From NCBI RefSeq assembly GCF_001194135.2, contig NC_068982.1:41035828-41099827 (forward strand): 64,000 nucleotides of DNA, in the 5' to 3' direction. The DNA is from Octopus bimaculoides. Taxonomy: Eukaryota. Shown piece after piece: positions 49,201-64,000 of this stretch. A program made the position numbers and the translations under genes. How positions within the stretch are numbered: position 1 is the first letter of the stretch; every line of letters starts with the position of its first letter. The notes beneath the pieces were generated by a model. It made no database searches. It saw only the letters and a program-made list of their open reading frames with translations, and was not told where the DNA came from.

Positions 49201-52200
49201 TATACATATATTATCAAACTAGAATCAAATAGAATGGTTATTGTTCTTTGATATAACTTTTTGTGCTTTTTTTTTATAACATTGACTTCTGGTGGTTGGT
49301 TTAAATTTGTCATTAACTTTGATGTTAGCAGTCATTAGTAAACAATTTGATACTAAAATTTGGTGAATTAATTTATTTCATATTTGCTAATTTATTGTTT
49401 AATTCTAAGGTGAATGACAATTTGTTAATTCTCAAGAAGTCACCAAAAGAGGAAAAAAAACTAAAGTAGAAGTTGAATACTATTGGAGATTTTCTAAGAC
49501 TGTTTCAGTAATAATTTAAGATTCTATATCTAGTTTAAAAATATAAGTAGAAAATAAATTAAGGGCAAGTGAAAACTGGACCACAACTTCAGTTGTGATG
49601 AATAGCTGATATATTTCAACCTCTACACCAGAAATCTCTGTTCTCTTCTTCAGTAAATGCCTTGAACCAGAAACATCAAACCTCTTCCTTTTCTCATAGA
49701 AACTGTGTTTATTTAAGCCAACACACTTTCTCCAGTAATAAATAACTACCATCTTAAAGAAACAACCTGATCATATCTGTATTTTTGCCAAGAAATGCTT
49801 CACCTCTGATTAAGTTGTTACTCTACAAAGTGCTATCACTTCCTATAATAATTTATCAGTAAGCTCCTTTGAAAGATGGATTATTCTCCTTCAGTTATTC
49901 ATTTTCTGGACTACATTTAGTAAAAATGCTATCTGGCTGATTAACAAACCCCTCTCGACTGAAATTTCCACCTTTCTACCTTGCATCATCTGATCGATGA
50001 ACAACCCTTAATGACTTCATTGACAAGCTGTTTGTGATTATTGAAATTTTGCTGGAAAATACCAAGGGAGTTTTCTGTTGCCTTCCTTCAGTTGGTTTTT
50101 TTTTTCTTTCTTTTACAAGATACTTATCAGCTGCATTCAGCTTAGTTCACCTCATTTATCAGGGTTCTCACAATATAGATAATCAGAACAACTATTGCAA
50201 GGCATTTTGTACAATGGTCTAACTGTTCTACTAACTTGCTGCTTTGATCTAGCACTTCATTTTATTAACATCAGTAGTGCAAAATATAAAGTTGGCCATG
50301 GCAGAATTTGAATTCTGTACTTAAAGAACTAGAACAAATAGCATAAGCCATTTTGGTTGAGGATCTAATGATTCTGATAAACCACCACCTTATTCTGATT
50401 CTAGCCTCATCATTATTCAATGTCGTACACTTGACCTCTTTAAAGTATTTTAATACCAACTTACCTGAGAACAACTCGGGTTCCATATGACCAACCTACT
50501 GAAAAATGGGATGTATCAAACTGTTTGTATTGAAATCTTAATCAATCTCTAGTGCTTTGGGTGTTGGGCTCATGATCATAAAGGTTGTTGGATTTAATTC
50601 CTTGACCTACAGCACATTGTGTCTTTGAACAAGGCATATATTTTGGTACTCCAATCTATCCTGCTGAAAATGTGTATCAACCCAGTGCTGGTGCAGCTCT
50701 TTCTCTCCCATCCTTGATGTTCTGCTAGATAAATAAATAGGAGGGCTAAGAGGATGTCTGCTCACAACTACATAGGCCCCTAAAACAACTAGCAAGAGTT
50801 TGATACATGCTACCTGCTCGTAGTGGTTGCCAGTGATGGCTATGATTTTTAGTTTTTACCTTATTACATGAATAGGAATGCGTGTTTCTTTCTGTAAAAT
50901 TCCAGTAGATTTTTAATCTAAGACCCTTTTGTTAAACTGTTCCAAAACTGTCTTAATATAGCAAATAATGAAAAACTTTATCATAATAAATCTTGATTAT
51001 TTGAAAATTAATTGAAACACTGTATTTTTGTTAGAAATTGAGTATTCAAAAGTGTTAATGTTTCTACTAAAAACTGATCTGTTTAACTTGCTGGCTATAC
51101 CCCCACCCCATCTTTATTTTTCCCTACTTGCCTTTCTACGTCATTCTGTTTCTAGTGTATTTCACCAAGCACTGATTACAATCAGTGCTTTATTATGAGA
51201 GCTACATCATTGTGAAATTCTGTTCACTTTCATATATTTCCTATGACTTTTCAAATTCCATTTTAAGCACATATTTTCACTTTCAACATTTTTCAATCTG
51301 ATACAAACTTCACAAGCTACTGAAGTGGTTGTTCTAGAAAATGAGGACCTTTTTTTAACCACGAACAAGGTTTCAAATTTATATGAGGAAATGGAATTCT
51401 ATGACTTTCAGGTCTTCTTTCCAAAAGAATTGATTTAGTGAAGTGACATGGCTTTAAGAAGAACTAAATTTCATTAGTAATTAAATGTTTTATTTAAAAA
51501 CATTATCTATGTTGTCAATCTGTATATTGCTAGTCTCTAGCAGTTGAGTGTCCTTCATTGACAAGACCAAACAGGGTCAAAATCATGTGGTCTCAGCGTA
51601 GGAAGTAATATAAGCAAGAGTGCATTTTGCACTAAAAATATGATGTGAGAGTTTCTCTCATATCAACCACCACAGTAAAGTTTGTTCTAATAGAACGTCT
51701 ACATTATTACCTCTTGGTATTAATACTAATATATATTATCTGTAATATCTGTAATTATCGCTAATATATATTATCTGTGTTTCCAACTCCACTGATTACT
51801 TCCACCCTCTTTTGTGTAATGCATGTAGCCATGTATCTCCTCACCAGCACGAAACCTGTTTTGGCCCCCTTTTTTTCATACTCTAACTTCTCATCACCTA
51901 GCATAAAGCTGCCTCCCCATCTACTGTAGTTTCATTCAGTTGGAAGGGATCTTAGTCCTGCAAGCTACATGAAAACCTCACTAGTTCTGGTGACACAAGA
52001 AGCATCCAGGACATTCTGTTAAGTGGTTGCCATTAGGAAGGGCACCCAGCTGTAAAAATCATATCAAAGCAAACATTGGAGCACATTGCAGTCCCCTGAC
52101 CCATTGGATCCTGTCAAACCCCTGCCAGCATGGAAGACAGGCATTAAAAGATTGTGATGCCATAGGCATATAATAACTTATAAGTTGTGGCATTTGTGTC

Positions 52201-53381
52201 TTTCCCATGAGTATTAGGAATGTAATTGTTGAAATTCAACCTGAAAGTGAAAAATTGTATAGATTATCTAGCTTTCATTGTTGAAGTGATTCTAAAAAGA
52301 GAATTTTATAAAATGTGTTTTGAATCTTACTAAAGGTGAACATGGCAAAAGCAGAGATATTTTTTTCAGCTTGACCTTCACAGAGCAACTGTATTGGAAG
52401 CTAACTTTGATCAGGATGTAAGGAAAAGACTAATTAAAAAGTAATGACTGTACAAATTGTGGGCGTACAGGATGTAGAACAATATTCTTAGATGATGATA
52501 CTTAAGTATCTTATGCTGTACTTAAGGAAAAGTCACATTTAAGAGCTTTTCTTGGTCAGAATCATTGCACTTTTTTTTTCTTTTTTTTTTGATGGATCAC
52601 TTTTTTTTTTTATATAAAAAGAATTATATTATGTGTGATGTTAATGCTAAATATTATAATGTATAGCAGGAAATATAGTTGGAATAAAGGAAGCATTTGT
52701 AGACTGATAAAAGAATGGTGGTCATGATTTTGCTGTGTTAAGTCTGATGTATAATGTGAATGTTACTAAATATCACGTATATGAGAAGAGGTAGTAGTAT
52801 GAACAAAGGTTTCAAAATATGTATGAAGTTCTAGTTCTCTTATGTAGATCTTACATTCATTCATCTTTTAAATTCCACTTTCTGTCCACTGCTTATATCA
52901 GCAGCTTATATCACATATCCATCTTTTAACCATTACCTACATTTTTCACTTAATTTTGAAAATAATCAAGCGTTTAGAGAAATGTTGTAAAATGGCAGAA
53001 TCATCAGAGAAAATGTGATATTTCTTCCTACTCTCCATGTTCTGAGTTCAAATCCTGTCAAGGTTAACATTGCCTTTTATACTTTCAGGGTCAATAGTAC
53101 TTGGGTTGACAGTATCAATTCAAAACTGCAGGCCTTGTGCCTAAATCAGAAAGCACTATTAATCTTGTGTTTAGAATATAGTTTAACAAATTGAGGTTCT
53201 TACAAAAAGTAATGATAGATAGTTTAAATAATGACACTTTGAGACAAGCAATTTTATATCATAGGGCCAGAAGTAGTGTTAGCTATGTTGGTATCAAGAG
53301 AAATTATTTCAGTCCTGAATAGTTCTTGCCTACAAAATCCAAATATTCTTTACAGTGGAGAGTTGCTTTCTGATGACAAAT

Positions 53382-54266
53382 ATCATCATCATCATCATCA
53401 TCGTTTAACGTCCGCTTTCCATGCTAGCATGGGTTGGACGATTTGACTGAGGACTGGTGAAACCGGATGGCAACACCAGGCTCCAGTCTGATTTGGCAGA
53501 GTTTCTACAGCTGGATGCCCTTCCTAACGCCAACCACTCAGAGAGTGTAGTGGGTGCTTTTACGTGTCACCCGCACGAAAACGGCCACGCTCAAAATGGT
53601 GTCTTTTATGTGCCACCCGCACAAGCCANNNNNNNNNNNNNNNNNNNNNNNNNNNNNNNNNNNNNNNNNNNNNNNNNNNNNNNNNNNNNNNNNNNNNNNN
53701 NNNNNNNNNNNNNNNNNNNNNNNNNNNNNNNNNNNNNNNNNNNNNNNNNNNNNNNNNNNNNNNNNNNNNNNNNNNNNNNNNNNNNNNNNNNNNNNNNNNN
53801 NNNNNNNNNNNNNNNNNNNNNNNNNNNNNNNNNNNNNNNNNNNNNNNNNNNNNNNNNNNNNNNNNNNNNNNNNNNNNNNNNNNNNNNCTTGCCTCACCAC
53901 CTCAGCCCAGGTCTTCCTGGGCCTACCTCTTCCACAGGTTCCCTCAACTGTTAGGGTGTGGCACTTTTTCACGCAGCTATCCTCCTCCATTCTCACCACA
54001 TGTCCATACCAGCGCAATCGTCTCTCTTGCACGCCACAACTGATGCTTCTAATGTTCAGCTTTTCTCTCAAGATACTTACACTCTGACGGGTATTCACAT
54101 TGACATTACACATCCAACGGAGCATACTGGCTTCATTCCTTGCGAGCTTACGTATGTCCTCAGCAGTTACAGCCCATGTTTCACTGCCATGTAGCATGGT
54201 TGTTCGTACGCATGCGTCATACAGTCTGCCTTTTACTCTGAGTGAGAGTCCCTTTGTCTTCAGCAA
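53382..54266 (-). mobile_element. 5'-truncated RTE-clade LINE (RT C-terminus + 3' UTR + (GAT)n tail), with an internal gap
   Basis: KGRLYDACVRTTMLHGSETW...RRLRWYGHVVRM...GRGRPRKTW is typical of RTE; the tail (ATC)n starts at 53382. Confidence 0.9.
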
Positions 54267-54680
54267 TATTGAGAAAAAAGCTTTGTCTGATTACTGATCA
54301 GTCATTTTTTTGTTTTCATGCTGTGCACTCTTCCTGTCTTCTCTGGTCTCTTTTTCTCTTCAATTTGTTGGTTACTTTCCACCTCTTCTTAAATCTATTG
54401 CATTTGTTTCTCTGTTTCTTACTACTCTTTTCATATTTCTTCCTCTGACCTGAAAATGAAGGCAATCTTTCATACTGAGAATTGCTGTCCTGAGGTAATC
54501 TTAAATTACTTCAGGGCATCGAATTCCACTCATTCTCTTTATTGTTCTGTTAGAAGTATTCACATATTGATAGTAACCCCCTTTGTGCACTCTGTAGTTA
54601 GTTGGAATAAGTTTAGCTCAGATAGTCTTCTCAAGTGATTGCAAATGAGATGTTCTCCATTAGTTTTGGTAACTCCTTAA

Positions 54681-54897
54681 CCCTTTAGCATACAGATTAC
54701 TGTGTCAAATGCAATGTTTATTTATTTGCATTGTTTTGAATTAATCATGTATTATCTTGTACCTTCAAGATTTCAATGTGAATGTTTATTGTTACAATGA
54801 CTTTATCAGCTAGGTGTGAGAGGCCAGAACTGGCCAGTTTGAACATAAAACAGTTACAATATTTTGGCCAGATATGGCTACTTTAAATGCTAAAGGG
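54681..54897. mobile_element. piggyBac-type MITE family (~215 bp), exemplar
   Basis: TTAA|CCCTTTAGCAT...ATGCTAAAGGG|TTAA. Other copies at 8315-8526, 10731-10951, 11769-~11987, ~45275-45474 and 56848-57051. Confidence 0.85.
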
Positions 54898-57800
54898 TTA
54901 ATTTCATGTTAATTTTATAGACTTATAATGTCTATTTTATGTAGCTGAGTGGCTTTTGTCCTCTAGTAGGGTACAGAAGTCCCCAAAATATAACATCTGA
55001 TAGGACCTGGTGTTCAGCTGTGATGTAAATAAGGATAACCAATTGTTTAGTAATTTTCATGAATAATATTGCATCTTGTTCTCTTTGTTAATTATTGATC
55101 AATAGAACCATTTTATTTGCGTTAATTGTTAATTTTTTTTTACACTAGTGGTAATTTGTAATTATTACTTTAATAAAAGTTCATTAGTTAATGAGCCAAA
55201 CATAATTTTCTTCATGAATGAGATTAACTTGTATTCATTGCATAGTGAACACTATTTTAACTTGTAATGGTATCAATCTCTATGTTTAATAATTATCAAA
55301 ATATATTGCCCAGTGCCAAATCGATTCATAATTCTGCTCTTTGATCAATGATGTCTTACAAACAGATTGATTTTCCTCTCAGTCATGAGGCTTTTGTTTT
55401 AGTTAAATAGGAGAAAGAGGAATGGGTAATATTCATGCCTTTCTCACTTACAGCATGAATGAAGCAAAACTGGGTCACACACTCAGCTCAGTTGAAGCTT
55501 ACTTCCTTCTCGCCTTTGCTACTTGCAATTTTGAAACTATTATGAGAGTTTGTCGAGTAATCCCCTCTAAATATTAAATAACAAGTAGATTATAGCCAGA
55601 TTGATGTTGATATGATAATCCGTAGTGTTTCTTGTTTGTTTGTTTTTTTTTGGTTTTTTTTTTTCTTGGGCTTATATTGAAAAAGTGATGTTAAAAGTAA
55701 TATTGTCTCAGTTATCTTTTCTACTATCAAACTTGACACTCTACTGGTACACTCATGATGATACAGTTTGTTGATTTAAATTAGGCTTTTTACATTATTA
55801 CACCAAACCCTTTGCTCTACACTGTTCAAGTTCTATCATATTTATAAGTGAAGTTGGCTTCAAATTAAGTCCTGGAACAAGGGTAAGTAAAATAAAACAA
55901 ACAGCTATCTATATTTTATGTGTATCATTTGTAGAAATTTGTTTTTCTTTCTTTTACATCTTTACTGAATAGGCATATATTTTCCTTCTTCAATATTGTG
56001 AAGAATATATTATATGTAAGAATATATTGATATTCTTTAGTTAATTTAAGGCAGCCAGCTGGCAAACTAGCAGTACTTCATCCATCTTTACGTTCTGAGG
56101 TCGACTTTGCCTGCCTTTCATCCTTTTGGAGTCAATAAAATAAGTACCAGTTGAGAACTGGGGTTGATGTTATCGACTTAACCCCTCCCTCAAACTTCCT
56201 GGTCTCCAATATTTTCAGTTAATTTTTTTGTTAAAAAATTTTATGAGATTTCTTCATTCTAAAGGTAATTTCGAAGAATTATGTAATTGGTTGCAATGAA
56301 CTTCATAAATAATTTTGTGTAATATCTACTCTTTGAGAACAAGAATGAGATATAATTGTCAGCTGCTAAAAAATGGGCAGAAAATCTGTATAGATGAGTG
56401 TATGTGAACATATTATGCATATAAATGTGTATTATATAATTTTCGTGATTTTTTTTTTTTTTTTCAATTTAGGTTCATTGAAGCTTGAAAAAGCCTAGTA
56501 ATATATATTGCACAAATTAATATATTTCAATTGTTACTGGTTATAGATCTCCTAAATATATAACTTTTTATAGATCACAGAAAACTTCACTTGGAATTTT
56601 TATTCAGTGACTTGCTCAATTTTCACAAAATCATTGCATCTAGCTATTTTTAGTTATCAATATATGGTTTATTTTACACACAGTTATCATTAAATATCNN
56701 NNNNNNNNTATTTTTAGTTATCAATATATGGTTTATTTTACACACAGTTATCATTAAATATCTGTACTGTGTGTGTGTGTGTGTGTGTGTTTTATCAGAG
56801 ATGGAGCTCCAAATAATTATCAGCAATATCCATCACTGGGTGTTTAACCCTTTAGTATTCAGATTATTTTGTCAAGTATAATGCTTATTTATTCACAATG
56901 TTTTGAATTTATCCTACATTATCCTGTGGCTTTGAGATTTTGATGGTGTGAATGCTTATTTCTAGAATGACATTGTAGGGCAGGTGTATGAGGCTAGATC
57001 TGGCCAGTTTGAATATTTTAACCAGATATGACCAGTTTAAATGCCAAATAGTTAATTCTATTGTTTTAGAAAAGAGTGAATAAATAGGTGTCTGAGCACG
57101 TGGCCTAGTGGTTTGGGTGTTGCACTCGTGATTGTGGAATCATGGGTTTAAATCCTAGACTGGGCAGTGCATTGTGTTCTTGAGCAAGATACTTCATCTC
57201 ACATTGCTCTGCAGTCACTTCAGCATCTGGCGTATGGCACATTGTGCACCTGTACACAATATCAATTTGATAGGAGTGAGCTTATGTGCAGCACAAACAC
57301 TTGATCACTATAAATAAATCATCTGTGCAGGTTGTTCAACAAGAAATTGTAGAACCATTTTTCTCAGATCGAGAGACTACCATTATTATTATTATTATTA
57401 TTCAAGGCAGCAAACTGGCAGAAGCATTACTGTGCTGGGCATCCATCTTTACATTCTAAGTTCAAATCCTGCCACGGTTTACTTTGCTTTTCATCCTTTT
57501 GGGGTCAATAAAATAGTACCAGTTGAACACTGGGGTCAATGTAATTGATTCATCTCTATCCCAAAAATTGCTGGCTTGTGCCAAAATTTGAGATGATTAT
57601 TATTATCATTACTATAATAAATGAACAGGTGATGTATGCTTTCACAAGAATAGCAATGATATAATTGAAATGAAATGATTAATACTGTATAATGAAATTG
57701 ATCGACAAAACAGAAAAAAGACAGTTTGCTCGGTACTGTCTATGATAATGAAAGTTCCCTGCCTCTCAAAATAACCATCAGAAAACTGACCCATGAATTA

Positions 57801-58307
57801 GGATACTGTTGATGGAATGGGATGTGTGTCTCATTCATCACAGCCTACATGACACAAGTACAAGCTGATAAGGGAATCTTGAAGTATCTCAAGATGAATC
57901 TAACTGATGTAGTTAAATTAGAAAACTATCCCATCTTTCTCTATGACTAATTCACCCTGTATCTGATCCCATTTAAGTATCTAAACATATACTTCCCTTT
58001 TCTTTTTATGCATAGTATTAGGATTTTAATTCACCATTGATTTCTAATGAGATTATAAGCTGAATACCATTTCCAAACTAAGGAAGCTCTATATTTTATT
58101 TTTCTAATTAATTCTATAATTTCTAATTAATCAGCAGGTCATAGATGTTTATTTCAACTTTCCATTTCCCTTCTAGAGTGTTATTAAAAAAAGTGTCCCT
58201 CCTTCTTTTTTTTCACATTTTCACTCTCTCTGTCTTCCTCTCATTCTCTATTTTTTGTTCTTTTTTCTCTATCTTGGTTCCCTTTCTCTCTCTCTTGCGC
58301 TGTTATA

Positions 58308-58358
<51 letters not shown>

Positions 58359-58865
58359 NNNNNNNNNNNNNNNNNNNNNNNNNNNNNNNNNNNNNNNNNN
58401 NNNNNNNNNNNNNNNNNNNNNNNNNNNNNNNNNNNNNNNNNNNNNNNNNNNNNNNNNNNNNNNNNNNNNNNNNNNNNNNNNNNNNNNNNNNNNNNNNNNN
58501 NNNNNNNNNNNNNNNNNNNNNNNNNNNNNNNNNNNNNNNNNNNNNNNNNNNNNNNNNNNNNNNNNNNNNNNNNNNNNNNNNNNNNNNNNNNNNNNNNNNN
58601 NNNNNNNNNNNNNNNNNNNNNNNNNNNNNNNNNNNNNNNNNNNNNNNNNNNNNNNNNNNNNNNNNNNNNNNNNNNNNNNNNNNNNNNNNNNNNNNNNNNN
58701 ACAATTTTACATTAAACTGAATGATTACTCAACACTTTTTGCAGAGTTCATATTTATTGTATTTTTACAAGAAGTTTAGTGACAGTGACTTCGAAGTTTC
58801 AATTTGCTAGCCTTTATCGGACAGTTTAACGAAAGCTAGTAGGCTGACCACTCTCCTTGTAAATG

Positions 58866-58904
<39 letters not shown>

Positions 58905-59379
58905 CATGCAATTGCCTAAATTAGTAAATTATAATTAATGACTTTAATGCTATATTCTTTAGAGGATCATTTCCCATTAATCCAAATCATTATCTAAAAA
59001 TACATCTGTGTCATCAACTAGTCATAACTGATTCACAGACAAACAAGACAGGGAAAATCTGCTTACAGCATATTAAAAATAATCATTGCTTTATATGATG
59101 GATGGATGGATGGATGGATGGATGGATGGATGGACAGACAGACAGACGGATGGGCAGACGGACACACATTTATATATATTTTATTTATTTCTGTCATTTG
59201 ACTCTAGGCATGATGGGACATCACCTTGATGTTGGCCCAGTAATTGTTTTTTGAAGCCTAGTACTTATTCTATAGCACTCTTTTTGCCAAACTGCTAGGT
59301 TACAGGGACATAAAGAAGCAGGGAACATAGTTTATTCTAACAGAGCATCCACATTTAAGTGGAGATAAATAGTGACTCA

Positions 59380-60045
59380 AAGGTTTGGTTTCTTTTTCGA
59401 GACTAATAATTTCTGCATCCACATTGCATCATTCACAAGTTCTCTCATTTTCCAGACTGCAACTGATCCTTTTGATCCCTTACCAAAAGGATCTCAATCA
59501 ACTTTACCAAATCCTCCTTTCCTTCTCAGCCATGATGGTTCTAGAAACAATATTCCCATAGAGAAAGCCTCCACATATGCTGCTCACTTTGCACACACTT
59601 ATTTCTTTATTGCCCACAAGGCACTAAACATAGAGGGGACAAAGAAGGACAGACAAAGGGTTTAAGTCGATTACATCAACGCCAGTGCATAACTGGTACT
59701 TAATTTATCGGCCCCGAAAGGATGAAAGTAAAGTCAACCTCGGCAGAATTTGAACTCAGAACGTAGCGGCAGGCGAAATACCGCTAAGCATTTCGCCCGG
59801 TGCACTAACGCTTCTGCCAGCTCGCCGCCTTCTTTGCACACACTTGGTAAATCCCCTCCTAAATCATCTCATTCCACCAGGCTTATTGCCATACACATAT
59901 ACATGCTAAGATGTAAAAGTATCTCCAGACAATCCAAATCAACAAGGTCACTGGCTCTGACAGCAATCTCCCTTCTATTTCCTCAGACAACATTCCCTAC
60001 AATTACCCCCCTCCACCACTACCACCCTCTCTCTCTCTCTCTTTT

Positions 60046-60122
<77 letters not shown>

Positions 60123-60930
60123 CCAGATCCACTGTAGTTCAACCTTCCTGTGTCACTCATTTGTTGGCTCTCACCCATGAGAAATTTGGTGAAAACCACA
60201 TTGCTGCCCTCAACATTAAGAAAGCTTTTGACCATATCCGCTTCTCATATCTCCTCACAAAACTTCACACTTATTGGCCCCATTCATCCCTCATCTATTG
60301 AATCAGTAGCTTGTCAAATTGCACTATTGCAACATTTCTAACAGAACTTCTCTCATCCACACTCTGTAAACTCGTGTGTCCCAAAGTTTGGATTTGTTCC
60401 CATCATTTTTCTTGTTATACATCAATGACCTTCTTGCCATCAGCCTCCAACAAAGCTTTTACACACGTGATAATACCATTCATTTCTCTCCAAACTTCTA
60501 CACCAAAGCATCATCTACATGCAACCTAGACACCTTATGCCACATCTTTACTTACTTGATAAACGGAGCCTTGAAAACATCTTCTAATTGGATCGTACCA
60601 ATTTTATTTGCTTAACATCACAAAGATTCAATTGTTATATGTACCAAGGAAACATTATTGTATCTTACCCCACACTAAATATGAACAGCATGCAACTAGA
60701 ACTCTCAAGATCTCTAAAAATAACAGGCCTCACTTGAAAGAACACACATCCTAAACTTAGCTAAAACCATATCTCTGGAGACTGGCCTTACTCTTCAGTA
60801 CTAGAAAACAGTCCAGTACCCAACAACTGCTAACTTTCTACTGAGCTTAGATGAGACCCATAATTGGTTTCTGAGATGGTTCTCTGTTACCCATTGAGAT
60901 GCCTTAGATCACATCCAAAGAAATATTGAT
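59380..60930 (+). mobile_element. Degenerate Jockey/CR1-like LINE RT region, interrupted by a SINE and (CT)n tracts
   Basis: AALNIKKAFDHI (ALDISKAFD-like), VSQSLDLFPSFFLLYINDLL (VPQGSVL.P.LFLLYINDL-like) and upstream PIEKASTYAAHFA. Many frameshifts. Confidence 0.7.
59601..59831 (-). mobile_element. SINE family C, with 14-bp TSD
   Basis: TSD ctttgcacacactt at 59587-59600 and 59832-59845; B-box gagttcaaattc. Copies at 62633-62862 (-), ~33770-33990, 52985-53150, 56048-56200 and 57403-57590 (+), with fragments near 1255-1720, 2520-2620 and 30330-30430. Confidence 0.85.
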
Positions 60931-61004
60931 TGACAATGTAGCTATCTCATGCCTCTCCCCTCTCTCTTTCTCTCCCCTCTCTCTTTCTCTTCCCCCTCTC
61001 TCTA

Positions 61005-61107
<103 letters not shown>

Positions 61108-61952
61108 GCTAGCCCACTCATTTATTCTACTTTTGTCACCCACATTGTGTCCACTCCTACCCTCCCTGGCCTAAATGAACAATTGCTCCCTCTACTCCTA
61201 TCCTAAGCATCTCAGTCCTCAAGAGTTCCTTCTCTGCATATGTTTTGCCTCCTGCCATCAGCTTGTAACTCTTTCAGAGGAATATTAACTGCATTAATGT
61301 CACCGTTCAGCTGAGATTCCTACAAAGGTCACAGGCACAACCTATGTCTCTAAACCAAACCAATCAGTAAAAAAGAGTAACAAAAAGTTCCAACCACCGA
61401 GATTAAATGGAGGTCTGATTTTGCTCAAAACTGTAAGGCGTGTGTTCAGGGAAATGTGTATACTAACTTGACAAAGGAAAGACACATTGGGTAATGTAGT
61501 CTTGTTATACCTTTAAAAAAAAGAGATGGTCATTACTGGAACACATTCCACCATAAATCTGCTCAATTCTAGCCGAATGTGCTGGGATTAAAGAACAATA
61601 ACAACAGCCTACACACACATACACCCCCTCAATATTTTAGTAATGAATATGTCATTGTGAACTTATATTTGTTTCTGTTGTTTAAAATAATTCATCTATG
61701 TTCAGAGTTGACATGATTTTACTTATGACATAATTGTAATGGTATTTGGTTAAATGGTATGCATAGGGGTAGCAGTTAGAGTATACAGTTTACAGCCCAC
61801 ACTCTTGTTTTATATTTTTGTCATAAATGAAGGTGGGATTGTATACATAACACCCTGTGGAGGTGGTCACTCCTCTGTTTATATATACATTTATATATAT
61901 CGTCCATGCTAGCATGGAAAGCGGACGTTAAACGACAATGATGATGATGATG

Positions 61953-61985
<33 letters not shown>

Positions 61986-61994
61986 AATGTATGT

Positions 61995-62042
<48 letters not shown>

Positions 62043-64000
62043 TATTTGGAAACATTTTGATATGATTCTCTACTCTCTGTCTATATGTGTACTGCTTTTC
62101 TGTTTAACACATTGAGCAAGACAGTATTTCATGTTGCACCACTCCACTAAGCTGGCAAAAATGAGTTGTACCTGTAATTCAAAGGGCCAGCCTTGTCACA
62201 TTCTGTGTCACGCTGAATCTTCCTGAGAACTATGTTAAGGGTACACATGTCTGTAGAGTGCTCAGTCACTTACACCATGATTTCACGATTTCATAAGCAG
62301 GCTGTTCCATTGATTGGACCAACTAGAAAGAACCCTCCCTCGTCATCATAACTGATGGAATGCCAGTTTTTGTTTTATTTTAACACATTGGCATGTAAAA
62401 GCACCCACTACACTCTGAGTGGTTGGCATTAGGAAGGGCATCCAGCTGTAGAAACTCTGCCAAATCAGATTGGAGCCTGGTGTAGCTATCTGGTTCACCA
62501 GTTCTCAGTCAAATCGTCCAACCCATGCTAGCATGGAAAGCGGACGTTAAACGATGATGATGATGATGATATCAGTGTAAAACAGATTTGAAATTGAACT
62601 ATAAGTGAAAAATGAAATTATTTTTACTCTTATTTCTTTATTGCCCACAAGGGGCTAAACATAGAGGGGACAAACAAGGACAGATAAAAGGATTAAATCA
62701 ATTACATCGACCCCAGTGCATAACTGGTACTTAATTTATCGACCCTGAAAGGATGAAAGGCTAAGTCGACCTCGGCGGAATTTGAACTCAAAACATAATG
62801 GCAGACGAAATACCACTAAGCATTTCACTTGGCATGCTAACGTTTCTGCCAGCTCGCCGCCTTTTAACTCTTATTATCCAACTTCAGTTTAAATGTGACA
62901 AGGAGGTTTCCTAAAAATATATCTTTTGGCATGGTATTTTTCAAATTAGATTTCTCAATGATTTTCAACAAGATCCAGTAACTAAACAGCTTAGCTTGTG
63001 TTTGTTTACTATATTCATACAATACATCCATGTATACACAACTTTATAGTATACATTACAGTCGACATACAAAAGATATTTTTATATACCACAATCTTAA
63101 AGCATGTGCACTATTATACTATACACATTGATTACACATTCCAATATTACATACACACAGTCACTCCATACACAATGTACATGGGTACTGTCTGTACAAT
63201 CTCAGCTCACAGAGTCATCTCTGGAGCCTTTGTGTGGGCAGTTGATATGCTGGAAACAACAGCAAACCACATCCCACTATGTTAGAAACAAGAAGGACAC
63301 ATTAGATAATGTAGTTTTAGATACTTGAAAAATGGGATTGCCATTGCTGAAATGTTCTTGATCATGGATTTTGCTGGCTCAGGGCTAAACTGTGGCCAAA
63401 CAACAACAGTTCTTTTGCATTATAAAATGCCTGTCAAGTACTTTTAGTAATTGTGAGGTCAGCTCTGATTGAAAAGACCCACAATCAAAGACATTCCAGC
63501 ATTGACCATCCACTGTGTGTGTGTGTTTTTTTTTCTCCCTTGGCACAGTATATGTAGGACTACATTATCCATTGTGTCCTCTTTTTTGAAGAGGAGGGTG
63601 TAATTTGAAGGAGATTTGACTGCTATTTCTAGCAGCTTGAACAACCATTCAGAGGCCCTCACATTGTCTCATAAGTCATTAGTACTTTTAAAAGGAAGCA
63701 CTTCTTTAGCTGTTTTGTAGTGTGTGTGTGCGCGCACGCGTATTTTCAGCATAATTCATACACCAAACACTATGAATTATGTTGATAATACCACTTATTC
63801 AGTTTTTAAGGAATTTTGCTGACTTTTCTACATTCCATGTGACAAAAATACCCCATTTAGTATTAGCTGCCTGAAGAGAATGGGGGTGGAAAATATGAAA
63901 GATATATCTGATATCCCACATTTTTACTATTCCGCTTTCCAGCAGTCAGTTTTCAAACACATTCAGTTTTTTTCAACTTTTATTATGTTCACTATATATA

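Noticed and set aside
56645-56762. Direct duplication of ~54 bp on both sides of a 10-N gap
   Set aside because: Typical unmerged contig overlap, i.e. an assembly artefact.

Overview
This is AT-rich, gapped, repeat-dense animal genomic DNA. The SINE/RTE repeat landscape and huge introns suggest an octopod cephalopod (inference). Two host genes sit head-to-head around ~20.8-21.1 kb. On the minus strand is an RPP14-like gene (RNase P/MRP subunit); I rebuilt three small coding exons by hand (8088-8004, 5796-5720, 2015-1937), none visible in the ORF track. On the plus strand is a TBC1D12/TBC1D14-family gene, of which only one 1.8-kb first coding exon (21668-23442) was found; the rest of the window appears to be its intron. 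The remainder is transposon-derived: a decayed Rep/Helicase Helitron, two non-autonomous Helitrons, three tRNA-derived SINE families, RTE, CRE and Jockey/CR1-like LINE fragments, a zinc-knuckle ORF1-only element, piggyBac and hAT MITEs, a Tc1/mariner relic, an unclassified TIR element and several long hairpins. The most striking observation is a type I hammerhead-ribozyme-like motif (3257-3328, minus strand). It lies sense to the RPP14 intron, inside an 85-bp inverted repeat that could lock it off. No CRISPR array, rRNA or true tRNA was found. All homology calls rest on remembered family motifs, not database searches.
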